Under the pieces are notes generated by a model. The model made no database searches. It worked only from the letters and a program-made list of their open reading frames with translations, and was not told the origin of the DNA. This document shows, piece by piece, positions 21,435-32,902 of a stretch of 64,000 nt of DNA. The first letter of the stretch is position 1. Every line of letters starts with the position of its first letter. The translations under genes and the position numbers were made by a program. The DNA is from Vicinamibacterales bacterium (GTDB taxonomy: Bacteria; Acidobacteriota; Vicinamibacteria; Vicinamibacterales; UBA2999): the NCBI GenBank assembly GCA_040081715.1, contig JBEBFY010000015.1:14505-78504 (forward strand), written 5' to 3'.

Positions 21435-22361
21435 TCACTTCCCGGCGGCGGCGTAGTAGCCCTTCTTGGTCCGCGGCACGGCATTGGCCCGGGCCACCTG
21501 CACGACGATCCGGCGCCAGGCACCGTTCCTGATCTGGTTCCTGGAGGTGTAGCCCAGCACGTACTGGCTCGCCAACTCGTTGGCGATCTCCGCATACGCG
21601 CCGCTCAGGTCCTCGATTCGCTTGGCGAAGAAGGCCTTGCCCCCGGTTTCCTGGGCGAGCTGCCGCATCACAAATTCCGCCTCCTGGAACCCCCGGCTCG
21701 GGATGGCAGTCTCTGCCTGGAGGCTGATGGTGTAGATCGCCGTCTCGGACCGTTTGGCGAGGTCGAGGACCTCCTCGAAGGAGACGAGGCTGGAGGTGTC
21801 CTCGCCGTCGCTGAACACCACGAGTGCCTGGCGCCGGATATCCTCATCCGCCTTGGCCTGGATCTTCTTAAGCTCCTTGAGCGCGATGTAGATGGCGTTG
21901 TGGAGCGAGGTGGACCCGCCCGCCGCTGTCTGCCGGATGGCGGCTTCAAGTTCGGCATGGTTCGCCGTGAATGCCTGGCGGATCTCCACCCGGCTGTCGA
22001 AGTCGATGACCTGCGCGAGGTCACCGGGCTGCAGGCGTTTCACGAAGTTGGTGGCGGCCGCCTGAAGCGTGCCCAGCTTGCTGTCCATGCTGGCGCTGCT
22101 GTCGAGCAGGAGCGAGAGCGCAATGGGCTGCTGTTTCCGGTTGAAGTAGGTCAGATCCTGCTTGACCCCGTCTTCAAACACGCTGAAGTCTCTCTGTTCG
22201 AGGTCGACGACGTAGCGGCTGGCCGGGTCGACCACGGTGACGTTCAGGGACACGATGTCGACGCCGGCGCGGAATGTACGCTCGGGGTCCTGCGCCGCCA
22301 GAGGGACTGCGGCCGAGACGGCCAGCACGATGGCCAGAAGCGCTCGGTGTCGAATCGCCAC
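21435..22361 (-). CDS. VWA domain protein (TIGR03436 acidobacterial VWFA-related type)
   Basis: Trimmed to GTG 22361, which gives a signal peptide (ALLAIVLAVSAAVPLAAQ). FRAGVDIVSLNVTV..RDFSVFEDGV.Q is the N-terminal TIGR03436 pattern. The MIDAS-like DSSASM is present. Confidence 0.8.
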   Translation of the reverse strand: MAIRHRALLAIVLAVSAAVPLAAQDPERTFRAGVDIVSLNVTVVDPASRYVVDLEQRDFSVFEDGVKQDLTYFNRKQQPIALSLLLDSSASMDSKLGTLQAAATNFVKRLQPGDLAQVIDFDSRVEIRQAFTANHAELEAAIRQTAAGGSTSLHNAIYIALKELKKIQAKADEDIRRQALVVFSDGEDTSSLVSFEEVLDLAKRSETAIYTISLQAETAIPSRGFQEAEFVMRQLAQETGGKAFFAKRIEDLSGAYAEIANELASQYVLGYTSRNQIRNGAWRRIVVQVARANAVPRTKKGYYAAAGK

Positions 22362-22379
22362 GAAAGGACAGTATAGCTT

Positions 22380-22408
22380 TTGACCTCTGAGGGTCTGCGT
22401 GTTATAAA
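22380..22408 (+). promoter_or_regulatory. sigma70-like promoter upstream of nuoA (TTGACC-N17-TATAAA)
   Basis: Read directly: TTGACC at 22380-22385, an exactly 17-nt spacer, and TATAAA at 22403-22408. This leaves a leader of about 100 nt containing a perfect hairpin CCCGAC-cta-GTCGGG and a GGGAGG SD before ATG 22516. Confidence 0.4.
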
Positions 22409-22515
22409 CACGCGACTTTTCGCGGGCTTTCATTCGTGCATTCCGCGAGCCAGCAGCTTCAGGTTTTCGTCGTCGGACCCCCGACCTAGTCGGGCCGACG
22501 GGAGGTCGGCGTCCG

Positions 22516-22872
22516 ATGCCCCAGGAATTCGTGCCGGTTGTGCTATTCCTGCTGGTGGCGATCGGCTTTGCGTTCGTCACGCTCGTCCCGTCCCGGCTCC
22601 TCCAGACCAACAAGTACAACAAGGTTAAGCTCGACCCGTACGAGTGCGGCATCGAACCCATCACCGATGCCCGCGACCGCTACAGCATCCGCTACTACCT
22701 GGTGGCCATGCTCTTCGTGATCTTCGATGTGGAAACGGTGTTCATGTTTCCGTGGGCCGTCATTCTCGAGAAGCTCGGCATCTTCGGGCTGATCGAGATG
22801 GGGGTGTTCCTCTTTATTCTCGTGGTCGGCTTCGTCTACGCCTGGAAGAAGGGCGCGCTCGAATGGACCTAA
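22516..22872 (+). CDS. nuoA: NADH-quinone oxidoreductase subunit A
   Basis: 118 aa with three TM segments. YECG(I)EP and FDVE..F(M)FPW motifs are present. Confidence 0.93.
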   Translation: MPQEFVPVVLFLLVAIGFAFVTLVPSRLLQTNKYNKVKLDPYECGIEPITDARDRYSIRYYLVAMLFVIFDVETVFMFPWAVILEKLGIFGLIEMGVFLFILVVGFVYAWKKGALEWT

Positions 22873-22890
22873 CGGCCTGCCAGGCTCTCC

Positions 22891-23535
22891 ATGTCTGACG
22901 AGACTCCGACTCCCGCGCCGCCCGTCGCTGCCAAACCGGCGTCCAAGCCGGCCGAGCACAAGCCCGCGGCCCCGGCCGCGCCGGCTGGTCCGCCTGATCC
23001 GCCTCCGCCGGACGGCACCGCGCTGCCCGCGTACATCGTGGCGCTGCAGGCCGCGCTGCCGGACGCCGTGACCCAGCTCAGTCTGTTCGTCGGTGACTGG
23101 ACGGTGATCGTGCCCGTGACCCGGCTGCTCGAGGTGGCCCTGCAGCTTCGCGCGCAGGGGTTCGATACCTGTTCGGATGTCACGGCGTCGGACTGGCCCC
23201 AGCGGCCACAGCGTTTCGACATGATTTACGCGCTCTACTCCATCAAGGACCGGACACGCGTGCGCGTGAAGGTCCGGGCCGCGGAAGGGGAGGCGGTGCC
23301 GTCGGTCTCCAGCGTGTGGCCCGCGGCCAATTGGCTGGAGCGTGAGGTGTACGACATGTTCGGGGTGACGATCACGGGTCACCCGGACCTGCGCCGGATC
23401 CTGATGCCGGACGACTGGCAGGGCCATCCGCAGCGCAAGGACTACCCGCTTGAAGGGCCGGGGGAACTCCTCATGGAGAACCCGCTCGACTGGCTCAGGT
23501 TGAAACAGACGGCCAACGAGGCCGAGATCGAATAG
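22891..23535 (+). CDS. nuoC: NADH-quinone oxidoreductase subunit C (with Pro/Ala-rich N-terminal extension)
   Basis: WPAANWLEREVYDMFGVTITGHPDLRRILMPDDW..HPQRKDYPL is the NuoC signature. It starts 18 nt after the nuoA stop, so no nuoB lies between them. Confidence 0.92.
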   Translation: MSDETPTPAPPVAAKPASKPAEHKPAAPAAPAGPPDPPPPDGTALPAYIVALQAALPDAVTQLSLFVGDWTVIVPVTRLLEVALQLRAQGFDTCSDVTASDWPQRPQRFDMIYALYSIKDRTRVRVKVRAAEGEAVPSVSSVWPAANWLEREVYDMFGVTITGHPDLRRILMPDDWQGHPQRKDYPLEGPGELLMENPLDWLRLKQTANEAEIE

Positions 23536-23555
23536 CGACGGGCAGATCCCACCAC

Positions 23556-24677
23556 ATGGCACCCGAAACCCAGGCAATGTTCGATACCGACGAGCTGGTC
23601 ATCAATATGGGACCCCAGCACCCCAGCACGCACGGCGTGCTGCGTGTGGTGCTGCGCCTGGACGGTGAGCGGGTCGTGGGCAGCGACGTCGTCATCGGAT
23701 ACCTGCACCGGGGCATCGAGAAGCTCTGCGAGAACCGGGACTACGCGCAGATCGTGCTCATCACGGATCGCATGGACTACGTGGCGGCCGCGACCAGCAA
23801 CCTCGGGTACTGCGAAACCGTCGAGAAGCTGATGTCGATCGAGGTCCCGCGCCGGGCCCGGTACCTGCGCACGGTGCTGTCCGAGTTGCAGCGGATCGCG
23901 AGCCACTGCCTGTGGCTCGGCACGCACGCGATGGACATCGGGGCGATGACGGTGTTCCTCTACGCGTTCCGCGAACGGGAACTGATCCTCGACCTCTTCG
24001 AGGAGTTCTGCGGCGCGCGCCTGACCTACAACTCGATGCGCGTCGGCGGGCTTCCGCAGGACATTCCGCCGGGTTGGGACAGGAAGGTGCTGGCCTTCTG
24101 CGACATCATGGACGCCAAACTGCCCGAGTACGAGCAGTTGCTCACCAACAACCGCATCTGGCTCGAGCGTACCAAGGGAATCGGCGTCATCTCCGCCGAA
24201 GACGCGGTCGCGATCGGGCTCTCGGGGCCGCCCCTGCGTGGCTCGGGCGTGAAGCGCGACATCCGCAAGGACGAACCGTACGCCGCCTACGACGAGATGC
24301 AGTTCGAGGTGCCGGTGGGCGTGGCCGGCGATACCTACGACCGGTATCTCGTGCGCATCGAGGAGTTCCGTCAGTCCGTGAAGATCATCCGGCAGGCTGT
24401 CGCCGGCCTGCCCGAAGGTCCCATCGTCGGAAAAGTCCCACGCCTCATCAAGCCGCCGGCCGGCGAGACGTATCACGCCATCGAGTCGCCGAAGGGCGAG
24501 ATCGGCTACTTCATCGTGGCCGACGGCAAGTCCGTGGCGCCGTACCGGTTCCGCGTCCGGCCGCCATCCTTCTGCAACCTGCAGGCGCTGTCGCAGTTGA
24601 TCAAGGGCCACATGGTCGCCGACGTGGTGGCGCTCATCGGTTCGATTGACGTCGTGCTCGGGGAGGTGGACCGGTAA
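23556..24677 (+). CDS. nuoD: NADH-quinone oxidoreductase subunit D
   Basis: NMGPQHPSTHGVLR, DRMDYV and ESPKGE motifs are present. Confidence 0.94.
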   Translation: MAPETQAMFDTDELVINMGPQHPSTHGVLRVVLRLDGERVVGSDVVIGYLHRGIEKLCENRDYAQIVLITDRMDYVAAATSNLGYCETVEKLMSIEVPRRARYLRTVLSELQRIASHCLWLGTHAMDIGAMTVFLYAFRERELILDLFEEFCGARLTYNSMRVGGLPQDIPPGWDRKVLAFCDIMDAKLPEYEQLLTNNRIWLERTKGIGVISAEDAVAIGLSGPPLRGSGVKRDIRKDEPYAAYDEMQFEVPVGVAGDTYDRYLVRIEEFRQSVKIIRQAVAGLPEGPIVGKVPRLIKPPAGETYHAIESPKGEIGYFIVADGKSVAPYRFRVRPPSFCNLQALSQLIKGHMVADVVALIGSIDVVLGEVDR

Positions 24678-25696
24678 TGGTCGACCAGATCGTCATCCCC
24701 CTTCTCAAGATCCTGATCACGCTCAACGCCACGCTCGTGGCGGTCACCTTCATGGTGCTGCTCGAGCGCAAGGTGATCGCGTGGGTGCAGAACCGGCTGG
24801 GCCCGATGCGCGTAGGTCCCCACGGGATGCTGCAGCCGATCGCGGATGTCATCAAGCTGATGACGAAGGAGGACATCACGCCGGTGAAGGCCGACCGGTA
24901 CGTGTTCACCCTCGCGCCTTTTCTGGCGCTCATCCCCGCGCTCATCGTCTTCGCCGTGATTCCCTTCGGACCCGAGGTGTCGCTGTTCGGCCGCCGCGTG
25001 GTGCTCCAGATCACGGACCTGAACGTCGGCCTGCTCTACATCGTGTCGGTGGCCTCGATCGGCGTCTACGGCATCATCCTGGCGGGCTGGGCCTCCAACA
25101 GCAAGTTCCCGCTGCTTGCCAGCCTGCGCGCCTCCGCCCAGCTCATCAGCTACGAAGTGGCGGTCACGATGGCGCTGGTCAGCATGGTCGTCAGCGCGGG
25201 CACGCTGAGCATGGCGGGTATCATTAACGCCCAGTTCGAGCAGGGCGTCTGGTACGCCTTCGTCCAGCCGTTGGCCTTCTTCATCTTCTTCGTCGGTGGC
25301 CTGGCGGAAACCAACCGCGCGCCATTTGACCTGGCGGAAGCGGAGCAGGAGCTGACGGGTGGTTTCCACACCGAGTACAGCGGCATGCGCTTCGCGCTGT
25401 TCTTCCTGGCCGAGTACGCCAACATGATCGTCGTCTCGGCCGTCGCCACGACGCTCTTCCTCGGCGGCTGGTTGCGTCCCTTTCCGAACGTGGAGTTCCT
25501 CGGCTTCCTGGGCTTCATCCCGGGCTGGTGCTGGTTTCTCGCCAAGACCTTTGTGTTTCTCTACGTCTTCCTGTGGGTGCGCGCCACGCTGCCGCGGTAT
25601 CGCTACGACCAGCTCATGCGCCTCGGGTGGAAGGTCCTGATTCCCCTCGCGATCGCGAATGTGGTGGTCAGCGGCATTCTGAAGGTGCTGCTGTAG
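24677..25696 (+). CDS. nuoH: NADH-quinone oxidoreductase subunit H
   Basis: TAATG overlap with nuoD. LLERKVIAWVQNRLGP, AETNRAPFDL.EAE.EL and YRYDQLM motifs are present. Confidence 0.94.
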   Translation: MVDQIVIPLLKILITLNATLVAVTFMVLLERKVIAWVQNRLGPMRVGPHGMLQPIADVIKLMTKEDITPVKADRYVFTLAPFLALIPALIVFAVIPFGPEVSLFGRRVVLQITDLNVGLLYIVSVASIGVYGIILAGWASNSKFPLLASLRASAQLISYEVAVTMALVSMVVSAGTLSMAGIINAQFEQGVWYAFVQPLAFFIFFVGGLAETNRAPFDLAEAEQELTGGFHTEYSGMRFALFFLAEYANMIVVSAVATTLFLGGWLRPFPNVEFLGFLGFIPGWCWFLAKTFVFLYVFLWVRATLPRYRYDQLMRLGWKVLIPLAIANVVVSGILKVLL

Positions 25697-25704
25697 GAGC
25701 CGCC

Positions 25705-26217
25705 ATGCTGACCACACTGACGTTCTACACGCTGGCCTTCCTCATCCTGGTGTTTGCCGCCCTGGTGGTGACGGCCAGGAACACGGTCTACAGCATCCTC
25801 TTCCTGGTGGGGGACTTCCTCGCCGTGGCGCTGCTCTACGCCGCGATGAACAGCATGTTCGTGGCGGCGATCCAGGTGCTGGTCTACGCGGGCGGCATTG
25901 TCGTCCTCTACCTGTTCGTGGTGATGCTCGTGAACCTCAAGCGGCCAGCGGAAGAGGCCATCGCGCCGCAGCGGCATAACCTGCTCGGCTGGTTGCTGAG
26001 TGCCGCGGTGCTGGGCGAACTGGTGTTTCTCGGGGTCTACAACGCGTTCCGGTCCGCAGCCGGGCCAAACCTGGGTCCGGCCGGTGGCACGGTCGGCTTC
26101 GTGGAGAACGTGGGCGTCGCGCTCTATGCCGACTACCTGATTCCGTTCGAACTCGCGTCGATGCTGCTGCTGGTGGCCATGGTGGGGGCGATCATCCTCG
26201 CCCGCCGGGAGCTCTGA
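25705..26217 (+). CDS. nuoJ: NADH-quinone oxidoreductase subunit J
   Basis: Track ORF trimmed to ATG 25705 ([12 protein letters not shown]). It is NuoJ-like ([16 protein letters not shown]). It starts 8 nt after the nuoH stop, so no nuoI lies between them. Confidence 0.9.
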   Translation: MLTTLTFYTLAFLILVFAALVVTARNTVYSILFLVGDFLAVALLYAAMNSMFVAAIQVLVYAGGIVVLYLFVVMLVNLKRPAEEAIAPQRHNLLGWLLSAAVLGELVFLGVYNAFRSAAGPNLGPAGGTVGFVENVGVALYADYLIPFELASMLLLVAMVGAIILARREL

Positions 26218-26225
26218 GGCGACTG

Positions 26226-26528
26226 ATGATTACCACCACCCACTACATGGTGCTGTCCGCCGCGCTCTTCATGATCGGCGTGCTCGGCGTCGTGACGCGC
26301 CGGAACATCATCATCATCTTCATGTCGATCGAGCTCATCCTCAACGCCGTCAACATCAACCTGATGGCGTTCTCGATGCGATGGGGCAACCCGGTCGGAC
26401 AGGTCTTCACGTTGTTCGTGATTGCGGTAGCCGCGGCCGAGGCGGCCGTGGGCCTCGGCATCATCCTGGCGCTCTATCGCAACAAGGACACGATCAACAT
26501 CGACGAAATGAACATCATGCGGTCCTGA
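26226..26528 (+). CDS. nuoK: NADH-quinone oxidoreductase subunit K
   Basis: 100 aa. [10 protein letters not shown] and AAAEAAVGL motifs are present. Confidence 0.93.
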   Translation: MITTTHYMVLSAALFMIGVLGVVTRRNIIIIFMSIELILNAVNINLMAFSMRWGNPVGQVFTLFVIAVAAAEAAVGLGIILALYRNKDTINIDEMNIMRS

Positions 26529-26544
26529 CCTCGACACGATTCCT

Positions 26545-28860
<2,316 letters not shown>

Positions 28861-28889
28861 GTTAGTCGGGAACCAGAGAACAAGAGGCC

Positions 28890-30626
28890 ATGGATAACGC
28901 CGCACATTTCCCGCTGCTGTCGCTGATCCTGTTCACCCCGCTGGTCGGCGCCGCCATTCTGATGCTGGTGCCGAAGACGGCGGAGAACGCCATCCGCTGG
29001 ATCGCGAACCTGTTTACTTTTGCCGGCTTCCTGGTATCGCTGCCGCTCTGGTTCCAGTACGACCAGACCAACGCGGACTACCAGTTTGTCGAGCGGCTGC
29101 CGTGGATCCCCTCCATCGGCGCGGAGTACTTCATCGGCATCGACGGGTTCAGCTCGCTGCTCATCCTGCTCACCACGATGATGGGCTTCATCGCCGTGCT
29201 CTCCTCGTGGACGGCGATCACGGAGCGCGTGAAGGAGTACTACATCTTTCTGCTCTTCCTGCAGACGGGCATGATCGGCGCGTTCATCTCGCTCGACTTC
29301 CTGCTCTTCTTCCTGTTCTGGGAAGTCATGCTCGTGCCGATGTATTTCCTGATCGGCATCTGGGGCAGCGCCAACCGACTCTACTCCGCGATCAAGTTCT
29401 TCCTGTACACCTTGGTCGGCAGCGTGGTGATGCTGCTGGGCATCCTGGCGCTCTACTTCGCGTTCCACGAGGCCACGGGGGTCTACTCCTTCGACATCAC
29501 CCGCTACCAGGCGTTTAACTTCGCGCCGAACCTGCAGTGGTGGGTATTTCTGGCGTTCTTCCTGGGCTTTGCCATCAAGGTGCCGATGTTCCCGTTCCAC
29601 ACCTGGCTGCCTGATGCGCACACGGACGCGCCGACGGCCGGCTCGGTGATTCTGGCGGCGGTGCTCCTGAAGATGGGCACCTACGGATTCATCCGCTTCA
29701 GCCTGCCGATCCTGCCCGAGGCGACTCGCGAACTTGCGTGGATGGTCGTGACGCTGTCGATCATCGGCATCATCTATGGCGCGCTCATCGCGATGGCGCA
29801 GAAGGACTGGAAGCGCCTGGTGGCCTACTCGTCGGTGAGCCACATGGCCATGGTGATGCTGGGGATGTTCGCGCTCAACCCGGTGGGGATCACCGGCAGC
29901 ATCGTGCAGCAGCTCAACCACGGCATTTCGACCGGCGCCCTCTTCCTGCTGGTAGGCGTGGTCTACGAGCGGCGGCACACCCGCGAGATCTCCGAGTACG
30001 GCGGCCTCTCGAAGGTGATGCCGGTCTACGCGGCGATCTTCCTCTTCATGACGATGTCGTCCATCGGTCTGCCGGCGCTGAACGGCTTCATCGGTGAGAT
30101 CCTCATCATGCAGGGCATCTTCGCGGTCAACAAGGTCTGGGCGGGCGTAGGCGCCGCCGGCATCGTGCTGGGTGCGGCGTACATGCTGTGGCTCTACCAG
30201 CGCACGATGTTCGGCAAGATCGAAAACCCGAAGAACGAGAACCTGCCCGATGTCGGCCTCCGCGAGTTCGCGACGTTCGTGCCGCTCATCATCCTGGCGC
30301 TCTGGATCGGCCTCTATCCGGCGCCCTTCATCAACCGGCTGAACACCTCGGTGGCGAGGGTGGTGGCCCGCGTCAGTCCGCAGTACACGGCGGCGCTGAA
30401 GGCCGCAGGCATTGATTGCGGCGCGGAGACCGCTGGGCCGGCAGCAGCGGCGCAGGTGACGGCGGCTCAGGTCATGTCGGCACCCGCCACGGCCACAGCG
30501 CCCACGGCCACACTGACGCTGGCGATCCCCGGGGGTGCGGCGGCGTCCGCGGCACCGGCCGGGATGCAGGCTTTCGGCGCGGCTCCGTGCAGCGACCTGG
30601 CCGGCAAGCCCGAGGCCCACCGGTGA
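28890..30626 (+). CDS. nuoM: NADH-quinone oxidoreductase subunit M (Ala-rich C-terminal tail)
   Basis: FFLFWEVMLVPMYFLIG and KVPMFPFHTWLPDAH motifs are present. The last ~80 aa are an Ala/Thr/Pro-rich tail. Confidence 0.93.
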   Translation: MDNAAHFPLLSLILFTPLVGAAILMLVPKTAENAIRWIANLFTFAGFLVSLPLWFQYDQTNADYQFVERLPWIPSIGAEYFIGIDGFSSLLILLTTMMGFIAVLSSWTAITERVKEYYIFLLFLQTGMIGAFISLDFLLFFLFWEVMLVPMYFLIGIWGSANRLYSAIKFFLYTLVGSVVMLLGILALYFAFHEATGVYSFDITRYQAFNFAPNLQWWVFLAFFLGFAIKVPMFPFHTWLPDAHTDAPTAGSVILAAVLLKMGTYGFIRFSLPILPEATRELAWMVVTLSIIGIIYGALIAMAQKDWKRLVAYSSVSHMAMVMLGMFALNPVGITGSIVQQLNHGISTGALFLLVGVVYERRHTREISEYGGLSKVMPVYAAIFLFMTMSSIGLPALNGFIGEILIMQGIFAVNKVWAGVGAAGIVLGAAYMLWLYQRTMFGKIENPKNENLPDVGLREFATFVPLIILALWIGLYPAPFINRLNTSVARVVARVSPQYTAALKAAGIDCGAETAGPAAAAQVTAAQVMSAPATATAPTATLTLAIPGGAAASAAPAGMQAFGAAPCSDLAGKPEAHR

Positions 30627-32101
30627 TGCCGATGGGGCTCTCCGCGGCGGATTTCTACTACATCCTGCCCGAGATGGTGCTGACCTTCGGCGCCATGCTC
30701 GTGCTCATGGCGGACCTGTACTTCACGCGGGAGCAGCGGGGCGCCATTACGGGCCTGTCGGTGGGCGTACTCGTGGCCACCTTCATCGCACTGGTCGTCG
30801 TCGGCAGCCCCCAGATCGCGATTTCGCGCGGGCTGCTGTCGATCGACGCCTTCGGCTTCTACTTCAAGGTCATCTTCCTGGCCTCGGCGGCGCTGACGCT
30901 GCTGATGTCCGGCCCGTACCTCAAGGTGGAGGGGATGCCGGCCGGCGCGTACTGCTTCCTGGTGCTCGCCGCCACGCTCGGCATGATGTTCATGGCCAGC
31001 GGCATTGAGCTCATCACGATCTTCATCGGCCTCGAAACGATGGCCATCGCGTTCTACATCCTGGCCGCCTTCATCAAGCCCAACGCCCGCTCGAACGAAG
31101 CGGGTGTGAAGTACTTCCTGCTCGGCGCCTTCTCGCTCGGGATTCTGCTCTACGGGATGTCGCTGCTGTACGGCCTGACCGGATCCACGAGCCTGGCGGG
31201 CATCGCGACGGCGATCGCCGATCCGGACGCCGTCGGGCGCCCGATGCTGCTGCTGGCCGTCGTGCTCGTCGTCGCTGGCGTGGCCTTCAAGATTGCGGCG
31301 GTACCGTTCCATATGTGGGCGCCTGATGTGTACGAGGGCGCACCCACGCCGATCACCGCGTTCCTGTCGGTGGGCTCCAAGGCCGCGTCCTTCGCGATGC
31401 TCCTCCGCATCTTTGTCGAGGGCCTGCCCTCGATGAGCGAGGAGTGGCGGACGCTCTTCTATGCGCTGGCCGTGATGACGATGACGGTGGGCAACTTCGC
31501 CGCCATCACGCAGACCAACATCAAGCGCATGCTGGCCTACTCGTCGATTGCCCACGCCGGATACCTGCTGATGGGCGTGGTGGCCGGGACACCGCGCGGC
31601 ATCACCGCGATGCTGATCTACCTGTTCGTCTACGGGCTGATGCAGATGGGTGCGTTCGGCATCGTGGTACTGATGCGCCGCACGGACACGGTCGGCGACG
31701 ATATCCAGGACCTCAACGGCCTCTACTTCCGGAACCCCATGGCGGCGATCGCCATGCTGATCTTCATGCTCTCGCTCGGCGGCATTCCCCCGACGGCGGG
31801 CTTCATGGGCAAGTTCTGGCTCTTCAGCGCGGCCATTGAGTCCGGCTACGTCTGGCTGGCCGTCATCGGCGTGCTGAACAGTGCCGTGTCCCTCTACTAC
31901 TACCTGCGCGTCGTGGTCTTCATGTGGCTCAAGAACGAGCCGACCGGCTCGGAGCCCCGCATGCAGCCGGCGCTGGCCCTGACACTGGCCGTGGCCCTGG
32001 CCGGGACCATCGTGCTGGGCATCTTCCCGCGCCCGCTGTTCGAAATGGCCGAGGCTTCGGCACGCGCCCTCGGCGCCGCTCCAGTCGCCGCCGTCCGCTA
32101 G
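30626..32101 (+). CDS. nuoN: NADH-quinone oxidoreductase subunit N
   Basis: Trimmed to ATG 30626 (GTGATG overlap with the nuoM stop). FKIAAVPFHMWAPDVYEGAPTP and KRMLAYSSIAHAG motifs are present. Confidence 0.92.
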   Translation: MPMGLSAADFYYILPEMVLTFGAMLVLMADLYFTREQRGAITGLSVGVLVATFIALVVVGSPQIAISRGLLSIDAFGFYFKVIFLASAALTLLMSGPYLKVEGMPAGAYCFLVLAATLGMMFMASGIELITIFIGLETMAIAFYILAAFIKPNARSNEAGVKYFLLGAFSLGILLYGMSLLYGLTGSTSLAGIATAIADPDAVGRPMLLLAVVLVVAGVAFKIAAVPFHMWAPDVYEGAPTPITAFLSVGSKAASFAMLLRIFVEGLPSMSEEWRTLFYALAVMTMTVGNFAAITQTNIKRMLAYSSIAHAGYLLMGVVAGTPRGITAMLIYLFVYGLMQMGAFGIVVLMRRTDTVGDDIQDLNGLYFRNPMAAIAMLIFMLSLGGIPPTAGFMGKFWLFSAAIESGYVWLAVIGVLNSAVSLYYYLRVVVFMWLKNEPTGSEPRMQPALALTLAVALAGTIVLGIFPRPLFEMAEASARALGAAPVAAVR

Positions 32102-32102
32102 T

Positions 32103-32124
32103 GGCGACGAGTTACCCCGTCGCC
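32103..32124 (+). other. perfect 7-bp stem-loop between nuoN and the atp cluster (no U-tract)
   Basis: GGCGACG-agttaccc-CGTCGCC starts 2 nt after the nuoN stop. It is not followed by a T-run, so it is more likely an RNA processing or stability element than a terminator. Confidence 0.35.
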
Positions 32125-32195
32125 AACCGCGCCGTCGTTTGTTGGTATCATTAGACGTTTGCGCGGGCGCTGATACCGCATGCCGACACCACTGC

Positions 32196-32528
32196 ATGGC
32201 CTCCGGCACGAAGTTTCCCTCCTGGATTCGGCACTCGGGTGCCGGCCTGGAACTGGCCGGGGCCACCGCAGGGCTTGCCCTGACCGGCTACTGGGTCGAC
32301 GGTAAGTTCGGCACACGGCCGTGGGGCCTGCTGGTGGGTGTGTTTATCGGGATCGTGGGCGGCCTCTATAACCTGGTCCGGGATTCCATGCTGGCGGCGC
32401 GGGAAGCGCAGCGCGAGGACGCGTCGTCCGGAGCGTCGTCTGGAGCGCAGTCCGGAGCGCAGTCCGGACTGCCGGAAAGCGGGCAAGGGCCGGCCGTAAA
32501 GGCCGTGAAGAGTCAGGTAGGGAAGTGA
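32196..32528 (+). CDS. AtpZ/AtpI-family small membrane protein (ATPase_gene1-like)
   Basis: Trimmed to ATG 32196. AGLELAGATAGLALTGYWVDGKFGTRPWGLLVGVFIGIVGGLYNL matches the two-helix PF09527 pattern. Its position immediately upstream of atpB fits this call. Confidence 0.7.
   Translation: MASGTKFPSWIRHSGAGLELAGATAGLALTGYWVDGKFGTRPWGLLVGVFIGIVGGLYNLVRDSMLAAREAQREDASSGASSGAQSGAQSGLPESGQGPAVKAVKSQVGK
32424..32471 (+). repeat. in-frame 12-nt tandem repeat x4 (SSGA/SSGA/QSGA/QSGL) in the AtpZ-like tail
   Basis: The four units are tcgtccggagcg, tcgtctggagcg, cagtccggagcg and cagtccggactg, read directly. Confidence 0.85.
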
Positions 32529-32902
32529 CACCGCAGGGTACGCGGTTCGCCTGGTTTCTCGGAATGGCTGCGGCGCTCTCGCTGGTGATGTGCGCCGTCG
32601 GGTGGGTGCCGACCAGCAGGCTTGCCGGGCCGGATGGCATCCTCGCGATGGTGCTGGGATGCGGGATCGGATTGGCGGCCGCCGCTGCGGCCGGGGCGTT
32701 TCTGGCCACGATGGCCGCGGAAACGCCCGAAGCCAGGATGCAGCGGGCATTTCTGGCGATGTTCGTGCGGCTCGTGGTGGCGCTCCTGCTGGGGACGGCA
32801 GCCGTCCTCAGTGGTGAGGTGGCACGACAGCCCCTCCTGGTCTGGATCGCGGTGGCCTATGTGGTGCTGCTGCCGCTGGAAGTGAGACTCGCAATCGTAT
32901 GA
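32525..32902 (+). CDS. hypothetical 4-TM membrane protein in the AtpI position
   Basis: GTG start overlapping the upstream stop (GTGA), and its stop overlaps the atpB ATG (ATGA). It is hydrophobic throughout. No motif is recognised. Confidence 0.55.
   Translation: MTPQGTRFAWFLGMAAALSLVMCAVGWVPTSRLAGPDGILAMVLGCGIGLAAAAAAGAFLATMAAETPEARMQRAFLAMFVRLVVALLLGTAAVLSGEVARQPLLVWIAVAYVVLLPLEVRLAIV

Noticed and set aside
22891-23016. The possibility that the NuoC N-terminal extension is a degenerate fused NuoB.
   Set aside because: The extension is purely Pro/Ala/Lys-rich. It contains none of the Cys motifs (CCxxE, GxCxxxGG) that bind cluster N2.
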